A stretch of 64,000 bases of DNA from Balanoglossus misakiensis (lineage: Eukaryota; Animalia; Hemichordata): assembly GCA_040954595.2 (NCBI GenBank), contig CM082586.2, forward strand, positions 3,105,124 to 3,169,123, written 5' to 3'. Under the pieces are notes generated by a model. It was not told where the DNA came from. It saw only the letters and a program-made list of their open reading frames with translations, and did not search any database. The position numbers were made by a program, and so were the translations under genes. Each line of letters opens with the position of its first letter. Within the stretch, counting starts at the first letter, position 1. Positions 54,901 through 64,000 of this stretch are shown piece by piece.

Positions 54901-57436
54901 ATCTGGCCTGTTGTCGTGCCAAGTTTGTGGCACAGTCTACGCTGTGTTGATTGAATTCCTGTGTCTAGACAGCCAAGTCCAATGAAAAAACTTGTACCCC
55001 AATATTTGATGTGTGTTTGTTTGTTTGTGTGTCTGCTCTCAAACTACCAAACTGAACACCAGTATGTGCATGTATATGACTCTAAGCCAGACAAAGTTGT
55101 TAATTAATAAGGCGCTTTACACTAAATTTGCAGGACTGTGTGTCACACTCCCGGCAGGAAGAGACCATACTGTATTCAGCAACAGATCTCTTGTACATCA
55201 TGGCAACAGTATAAAACTGTATCACCACATTGAACATGTTGTTTAAATAGTTACTAAAGAAAACTGCAAGGATCTCAAGCACAAAGGCATACAATAAAAC
55301 TGTGGAGGTGGAAGTATGTGGAATCAATCGATTCAGAACGGCAATTGTCTGCTTAATTTGGCATAAAAGACATTCACAAAACCACAAACAGCGGCTCAAT
55401 CTGCATACACCAGCATGTAGAAGTTGTGGGTAAAGGAATGACTCCTTTCAGGTATTCTCAATAAATGTCTTCATTCTCACTTTTAGTTTTACTCTTCTTG
55501 TCCTAATGTCTTTCAGTGATTGTGTAGTGTTGGTGATATGAAAGTAGAATTCATTCGAAACACTTCTAAATTCTTATGATAAAAAAAACCCAGACATCAG
55601 CCTACTAGTTTGTTAATCTCCACCATCGTTATAATTTATAAGATCTTCCGCATGATTGAAGTAATGGTATATATTTTATCAAAACTAGTGTTTGTTACAA
55701 AAAGTATTGATATATTAGCATTTCTCTATGTGACTGTTTCACCCCTGAAAACTGGACAGGGTAACTGATACACTTCTCCAGTGAGAAAACTATGCCAAGG
55801 TCATGAGCAGTATGGTTCTCACTTTTCCCCCATTGTGAGGCTCGCAGAGATCTATCTGCAGTTCAACACATACCTTGAATGCATGGACTATCACTGACCT
55901 GCCATGGAAAAAAATTCATGCATTCTGATTTTGACGATAGGTGATTTTGTTTACGTAATTCAGGATGTCAGAGTTTTGACTGTATGGTGCTGAAAGTGTT
56001 GGTCCATTCTTTCTTCAAGTCCTGACTCCTTGAGAAATAATTGCCTCTGTTGATATCGCGAAAATTTCCCGTTTTACAGTATGTAGAGGATGACCCAGGC
56101 TGACAAATGTCTGACGTGCTTCCCAGCAACTGTTGTCTTGCAAAGCTTTTTTTCACGATATAATGTTTAATCCCCGTCAACAGCCTCGGCTGATTCTATC
56201 AGGGCTGTTAGAGGACTTTTTTTCTCTTAGAAAAAAGTTGAATCTCACTCATGGTACTATAGTAGAAGTCATGTGTGAAATGGTACTATTAGCATACTTT
56301 ATCAGCTGTTCTGATAATTAAAGGGTTTGTATCGGCATGTCTGTGGTAGGCGCAAAGTGTAACTGCTACAGCACACATCATTGCAAACAGTGAGGTTGTG
56401 ACTTTGCGTTAGTTATTACACTGTACATTATGGCAAACAACACATGGTTACTTTTTATCACATTTCCAGGTTGCTCTGATATTCCGTGTGTTGGTTGATA
56501 GGGTCTCCCTGAACATCCTATCCTGTGTAATAGACAGAGAAGTCGCACGTGCAGTTCAGACTACCCTCCCCTTTGATTTTCAACTCATGTTCACCTTCGT
56601 ATGTGCTTTGGTCAACTGAGAGGAACATATATTTGTTTTACAATTGAGTCTGTTAAAATACATGTACCATAAAACTTGACCATATGTAATGATTTATCTG
56701 AGCCCACGCTTTTCTCTGAACATATGTGTATGTATACTGTGGTCTGTGTAATTACTCAGTGTATTGTGATGCAAGACTTTTTGGTTCTCATAAATTTTTC
56801 AGTTGCCAGCTTTTGTCACTCAGTAGAAAAACACCTGACATTGCTGGACAAAGCAAGGTCAGATGGTGATAAAGAAAGCTCCATTCTGATTGGCTAGCCC
56901 TAACCTTGAAGCCTATCAACTCCCAATCACCGCCCAGCTTGCTGGTGTCGCATAAATAATAAGTCATCTGGTCTGTTCTTTAATGCTTTCTGTATTAACC
57001 TCTGCGGGGATGAATGTCACTGGGGCATACATGCATCATTCAGGGAGTTGGGAGTAATTAACCTGTTTAGCGCCGGTTGCACGCGATAAAGGCAGCCAGC
57101 TCATTCACCACTGCTGAAACACATAAAACAAATAACTGGCCAGCTTGATCAAGTGTAACACAGTAGACTGGTGGTTTTAAAGACAAAGTGGTGCTAATTA
57201 GGTCCTCCAGTGCAGGGAACGGCACTTGACATGGCGTTTACTTAAGCTGTTTACTCTGAGGTCCGAACGACATACCTGTGTAATGTAACGAGGCCTTGAG
57301 GAGTGCTTTTTTTATGTAACCGAAGACGTCACATCACCGTTCACTGAAAACCTTCACTGCATAAACAGAAAGCAAGCAGTATTCAGTTGCAACTACTGAT
57401 TGCCCTTCAAAATCAAAGACGAACTTGCCGTGTGAA

Positions 57437-57605
57437 AAAGTAAACAAACACAATAACGACAGATTATTAAAAATTAAATATGCCGGTAATACTGCAGAAA
57501 TTATATTAAAATGCTATAATATAAAGTAAACAAACAAAATAACGGCATGGCAGATTATTGAACATTAAATATGCTGGTAATACTGCAGAAATATTATTAA
57601 CGTGC
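57437..57605. repeat. Imperfect tandem duplication of an ~85 bp unit
   Basis: AAAGTAAACAAACA.AATAACG...CAGATTATT...ATTAAATATGC.GGTAATACTGCAGAAAT occurs twice in succession. Confidence 0.85.
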
Positions 57606-58089
57606 AATCTGTACAATTTTATCATGCCCCCCCCCCCTAGCCAGTAGTACAAATGTAGAACTAAACCCATAACTTTTTGCCAGCAACATACTGTACCGCG
57701 TGTGGTGAGAAGCGGGCGGAGCTATGGATCACTGGGGAAAAGATATTCAGAGCTTACTGTGCAAGTGTTACGCATTTCAGTTGCTTAAGAAGAGGAACTA
57801 TGAATATGATTGGGAATGGCATTTGCGAGAGAAATCACGGCAGTGTAAATCGCGAAATGCTGTTTGATCTGCCCCACTGACCAAGTTCTCTTGTTTATCC
57901 CGCTGTTTCAGATGATTTATGGATCTGACTGTTTTTTTTTCTCACAGGACACAGCTGGCTGCCCCAGCCTGCCTCGTTTTCATACTAACTATATCATCCT
58001 CGCTGCCATTTATCTTGGTATGGCTCCACATGTACATGTAATGAACGCAAAGCACTATTCATAACGCACACGCATGCACACGCTTACAG

Positions 58090-58094
<5 letters not shown>

Positions 58095-58131
<37 letters not shown>
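58095..58131. repeat. (CA)n microsatellite
   Basis: Directly visible. Confidence 0.92.
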
Positions 58132-58133
<2 letters not shown>

Positions 58134-61100
58134 CCCATTTGAAGAAACAACCGCGTCTCCTTCTGAGATATAATGATGTTTTTTGGCGGGGTTATTTGTG
58201 TGAAAGTGTATTTGTTTCTGTCATTCCACATTCTGAAACGCTGTAACCAATTACATGTATGTCTAACCATCACGGCTACTCATATCCGGTAAAAGATTCA
58301 AAGTCGCATATTGTGATGATAATTTTGGTATTTGCGTACATGTTATATGGATTTTGTCCTCATGTTATATTCACAAGTACAGCAATGGGCCGTGAAGCTG
58401 AGGACGGATCTCAAATCACGAAAGCTTCAAAATACAGATAATCTCCGTAACGAAAAAAAAGATCTGAAACGATGATGAATGCAAACAAAGTAGCATTTTA
58501 TACAGTACTAAAACACAGGATCAGATAAAATGTCATGGAACACTGATTGTTGTAAAATGTTCTCAATTGCGGAGAACTAAGTTTTTTGTCTGAGATACGG
58601 AAGTCTGACGGTAGGGAAGATCATCTTCGCTCTTTGAAGATACCTAATCTTCACCATGGGGTCCCATGTATTAAATTCTCATAAGTCGCTGTGTTTTCAA
58701 TTTCGTGCAGCTGCACGTGACCAAGTGATAGTTTATTGAAAACCACTCATGCGCAAAATCAAATAAAGGATAAATGTACCTATAATAGCTGAAAATTAAC
58801 TTGCTATGTCTTCTGAAGACATGGGAAGGATGTGTAAATCTACATTCTTTGTGTCTTTCAAGTTCTGGTTCATTGAAATTATCTCTTGTGTGATTTTCTC
58901 GGAATTGAATGTGATCGTACTGTTTGTGAATACGACAACGTTCTCCTTGACCTGAACTCTTGCAACCTGGGTTGTGCAGTATACTTTATAAGCTTCGGAC
59001 TGCCTTGTGTGTGCTCAACAATGGAGCTGAGCAAAGCTGGGCTCTGACTGTGTGTATATGCAACAATGAAGCCAAGCAAAAGATGGGGCCCAGTGAGTTG
59101 GCATAGCCAGAACACTCGCATGAATGTGTTTGTGCCCCATGCTGTTACTCCAAAACTCCGTCTTATGAATATTTGTCTGTCAATTCCACAGTTGCCGAAT
59201 GACAATGTCTGTCAAATTTGACCCAGTCATCTAAAGAAAAACTCCACAAAAAAGGTGCACAATGCACACTCTCACCCAGACTAGAACTTTCGGACAGTGC
59301 TTTGAACAAAGCAATCAAAATCTAGTGCTGCATCTTCAAATTCTTGTGTTTGCCTGCTCGTCAGCCCCTGATGGCTGTCACGTTAGTTCACACAGCAGTA
59401 CAATTTCAATCCTGTATTACAAAGTAGTCACAATAAAGTACATTGTAAATCCAGTTTCATGAGTTACCACCGCAGCAGTATCAATTTACTATCACATTTT
59501 ATGAGTTGTTTACTGAAAACATAGAGCAAACCATTCAAACATGTTTTCTTTTCCCATCCCAGAAATTATTTGTTGGAATGTCCCAAGTGACTAATAAAAT
59601 TTAGGATTCCAAAATGACAGACACTAAACCAAATGTGTCATATTTTCAGATGTTCGTGAATTTCTGATGTTCATACATTTCCATTTTTACTCACAATTCA
59701 TAAGAATTACAAGAGCAAAGATATTGGTTTCTAAATTCGAATAGATGCTTTTATTTGACCAAGTGATTGCATATAAATAATCATGAGCTATTTTTGGAGC
59801 TCTTGAAGAGCTCTCAAAGATGGCCCTAGATATCAATCAGGATAGGTATCACACCACCAGAACCTTTGGTAACTGTTGCTACGACACACCCGTGTAGGCT
59901 TGTTTCATATCTCCAAGAGCTCCAAAGAGCTGTATTTATAAGCTTTAAATCGCCTATCATTAAGTAAATAACGCAACACACACATGTGGTCTGTGGTAGG
60001 CCAGTGGGTAATCAAAACGTGATACCTTTGACCTGATGGGGTCACCACACAACTTTGTAAGGTCAGAGGTCACCACAGGACTGTAATCTTTGCCCTGTTT
60101 GCTTAGTTCACAATGTGAGTAACAGGTCCAGGAACTTTGCATACAAAGAGAGCATTTCCAGCTTTGTAACTTCCAGTGTTGTTTAATTAATGAATCACAC
60201 CTCATCCGTTTCCTGCGATAGGATAGGATGAACTATTCTGAAATAAACGAAATACAAACTATCATTTATATATGCCCATTATATGGTTAAAAGTGTGCAT
60301 CTCTGTCTTCAAACAACTGTGTGGTAACGCATATTATTCGCATTGCCACCTGGTAAAAATCTTTGATTGGTCTGGTTTCAACTTTCCATGATATTAACTG
60401 AAGCAAAATTTGCATATACCTTTCAATGAAAATCATATAGCACCATTACCCTTTTGAGAAAGAATTTGCAGGTCTACCTGCAGTCTGCTCAGAAATTGAA
60501 CAATGATAACTCAACATGACATAATAAAACTCGGATAATATTTAGCAATTCAATGTCATCTGTATATGCATTGATTTTTCCCCTTTTCATAAACAAAATA
60601 GTCGATGTGTATAGTCCTTGAAACACCCTAGTTAATATGTTACATCGCCAAATAAGGGTCAGCCCACTTGAACCTGAAAACTAACTTCCCTCGAAAATTC
60701 CTGACTATATGGCCAAACCTCCGTAACTGAAGTAGAATAATGACGGAGTCAGGAAAGATTCCATGTCAAGGTTTGAGTCGGATGTAACACGGGGTAAGTA
60801 GTTTCAGCAATTCCGTTAGGCCATTTACAAAGTATTGATTTTCCTCCTACCTTTATTTGTTGAGCTCCAAGGACACATGAAGTTTACAAGTATGCATTTG
60901 ACTTGCAGGCTCCCTCGAGTTACATTCATTAGTGTTTTTTGTGTGGCGTGGTGCAATTATTTATGAAGGCAGGGAAAGCTTCCTTGTTTCCTGCATGTAG
61001 TGTGCTGCATTAGAGATCCGTTTTATCCAAAAACTGACTGTCTAGTTTGCCGACAGGTGTGTATTAGTAACTTGAAATGAAATAGTCTGCTATAGCTTGA

Positions 61101-62117
61101 CCATAGGAAAACGCGAGTGTCATAACTGTGGTTGATCACTGTTTGAACAAGACAGATTTCACTGAATTTTGATGGGTGAGATCCTTTCCTTCAGTTTCTG
61201 TCAACCTAAGAGACCAAAGCAAGGGTAGGATGTACTCTAAATGGGGTGTTGATGTTTTGGTATTGATGGATTGGACATCAGCTGACCAGAAATGAGTAGA
61301 AAAGTGTAAACTGGTCACTAGAAGGTCATTGGAAGGCTATAATGGGGTTCAAAGTGGAGAATTTATGTTGACCCTGAGTGTAAGGTGTCACTTTATATCT
61401 GCTGAAAACATGTTATGTCAAACCAGAGGCTGGACTTCAAAGAGGTCTGGTTTAGTTTTTGGCCTAAAACTTGAATATGGATGCATTTAGGTGTCCCTGT
61501 TGGACCACGATTTTACTGCTTATGGATAAAAAACATGCTTTTCATTTCGTTTCACATATCATCTATTCACCTAAATGTGTGAGCGTGTGTGTGTGTGAAA
61601 AAGTTTTTCAGATTTTGCGTTGAGCTGGCTCAGATTGCAACAAACAATACACACTGCCTGACAATGTGTGTTACCCAGCGGTGCCATCCGTTTTATTGAC
61701 TCGCAGTGTAATTGGAAGGCGGATGAATAAATTGTAAAGAGGCTGTAAAGGTGGGCACCAAATGCAGACGCATGTGGGATCATGAAACAAGCAAATCATT
61801 TTGTTAACCCTCTGTTCTGTACCGGTGATGTTTCAATCGCTTGTGAGTTGAAACACAGACATGTCCTGAATTTACAATCAGTGATGAATTTCAAACAGGG
61901 TTTCAATTTGTCTGTGATTTCCAGGCTCAGTGGGAATATCTTATTTTATTTAAAGCATACAACAGCAGTGGAATAGGGGTAACTTAAGACTGCAAACATG
62001 TCTATAATTCATGCTCTTTGAGTTCACACTGCAGATATGCTACAACAGTGGCTTTTGTATACCCACTGAGATTCAGTGAATAAAAACTTGGGATGACAAT
62101 GAATTTGCAAATTTTGA

Positions 62118-62462
62118 TTAAGGTAGTGTGCGCCTCGAAAATCAAAGTCTTTAAAACTTTTTCTCATATTTTGGTCAAGGCAACTTTAGATTATTCTTTT
62201 TGAAAATTGAGACTAAAACATGTGAGACACTCATAATTATGAATGAAAGCAAAATTTTCTCAAATTTGAAAATCAAAATGGCCGCCCATCTCGTTCTTAA
62301 CTCTATTGAGAAAATTTTCTTTGGTGATTTTTATGAGAACATGATGATAAAAAGATAATAAATAGCATTTTTTTTTCTCAAAAAGACTCCTCGCATACTT
62401 TAATATTGAAAGGTTTGGAGGACAAGTATTTTTCTGTCCCCGAGGAGCGTGTACTGCCTTAA
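62118..62462. mobile_element. ~340 bp non-autonomous DNA transposon/MITE with TTAA TSD and GG...CC ends (Kolobok-like)
   Basis: TTAA-GGTAGTGTGCGCCTCG ... CGAGGAGCGTGTACTGCC-TTAA forms imperfect terminal inverted repeats. There is no ORF, and an internal AAAATGGCCGCC is present. Confidence 0.65.
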
Positions 62463-64000
62463 GGGGATACGCACAGTTGGCAGTTACAGTGTGCCAAGAT
62501 GGATGTATTCTACACACACATACGAACAATTGTCATCCAGTGTTCTTACACAATGCAACTTATCTTTGAAGTGGCCGTGGATATTGTGTCAGATTGCAGA
62601 AAACCATTTGCGTGGTGAACACAATGTATCTGTCGACTCGAAAAGGATTTTGTGAATTGAAGTGGTGTAGTGATGAACACACAGGCCGCTTAATAGCCGT
62701 CGCCAAAATCCATAACGCTATCCTCGGATAACCAACTAACAGGGATTTTACTTCCAGCCGTTCTATCACATAGCGACAGGAGCATGATTCCGGATCTAAC
62801 AATTATGTCGACAACATGGAATGCTAATTTTAGCCGCGAGTCGTATATAATTTTAATGCAAATTGAAAGATTACTAGAGTTTCCAGTTGTTGCTGATAAT
62901 GCCCTTCCCTTGACTTGACACGTAAAAAACAAGAACACAAACCCCTCTACCTTTACAGGTACAGACTTGCAGATTCATGACGTTGTGAAAATACATGTCT
63001 GATATATTTGTAATACAACCCCTTTCGGTACTTCACCCATAATGATCATGGAAAGTGATAAAACTGAAAACTCTTTGTCATAAAAATTGACCTTTTCCAA
63101 AGACCTATCATTATCGTTGCCACCCATCACAAAGCACATACTCAGATAAGTTTCACCCATTACAAAGCAGATAGTTGAAAGACTGAGACAGAAAACAGTG
63201 TTGTCCATAGTCTACAATAAATAAATACTCATATGTTTTGGTGTTTGTTTTCTCAAGGACCACCTTTCAGGGATAAAATAATAAATACTGAGCTTGCTCT
63301 GCAACAAACATCAAGCGTGTTCATTTTGGTTTCATACCCTTGGTTACAAAATGTGCATTTGTTTACACTTTGTATGGATGTATGTATATGTATGTGTGTT
63401 CACGTGTGTGCGAAATTAATTGAACTTAGCAAAGTCTCAAAGATTTAACTTCGCTGAAGAGAAAGTTTCAATGAAGGAAATTGTGAAGAGCTTAGCTATC
63501 CTGAAATGAGAGTACTTTAAGAGGGACCTTTCAGCCGAAATAACTTCACATTGTGGCCAATGAAAGCACATGTATGCAAAATTTGTGACTTTGAAACTAA
63601 GCGCATCTGCAGTTCATCGAGATGATGACCAAAAAGTGAGGTTTATTTGTTGTTTACTAAATATCAAACTTTGTTTAGTCTACGCAGAGTGTATAAGTTT
63701 GTCTTGTCACTTGCGGTTAGCTGTGTTATTATAGTTACTCAGAAAACTGTAAGCTATCCTTTGTTTTGATGCTTCGTGTGGTCATCTGTGGTTATGATGG
63801 CACTATCAACAGTCAGCCTATGTAACAAGGTGTTGATTCACTCTTAGAATTTCAAGAAAATTCACCACGATATTCAGCATATACTTTTACATGTAATGAG
63901 GATAAGATTTGTGTGCGAGTCAGTGGCGTATTGTTGTATTGGCTTAGAAACCACGGCATGGTCATATTAGCTTTAAACTTTGTTAAGCACCCTGGAACAT

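Noticed and set aside
57437-57605. Direct repeats considered as a CRISPR-like array or miR-200 family (TAATACTG seed)
   Set aside because: This is a simple two-unit tandem duplication with no unique spacers, no hairpin and no match beyond the seed, and the context is eukaryotic.
57948-58017. Possible internal exon (TTTTTCTCACAG|GAC...CTTG|GTATGG)
   Set aside because: The splice signals are plausible but the peptide is unrecognisable and there are no partner exons. It cannot be supported without transcripts.

Overview
This is gene-dense eukaryotic (animal) genomic DNA with short GT-AG introns, not prokaryotic DNA. A marine invertebrate deuterostome such as a hemichordate is my inference from gene content and intron style. 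In order it contains: the 5' end of a class A GPCR (-), MCM3 (-), TSEN34 (+) with an intronless RING/B-box/filamin/NHL TRIM gene nested antisense in its last intron, an unrecognised ~570 aa basic low-complexity protein gene (+), a CLK/LAMMER kinase (-), MRPL53 (+), an M19 membrane dipeptidase (+), CCDC174 (-), an ankyrin/SOCS-box gene (+), EFHC1 (+) and FBXO10 (-). After that comes a probable first exon and about 12 kb of non-coding, probably intronic, sequence. Four head-to-head promoter regions and two TTAA-flanked MITE families are visible. The most notable observations are an ISRE + NF-kB + AP-1/CRE cluster upstream of the nested TRIM gene, an orphan protein with an AT-hook and two PxVxL motifs, and an 88-nt frameshifting CLK exon with weak splice sites. 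Exon boundaries were read by eye and no database searches were run.
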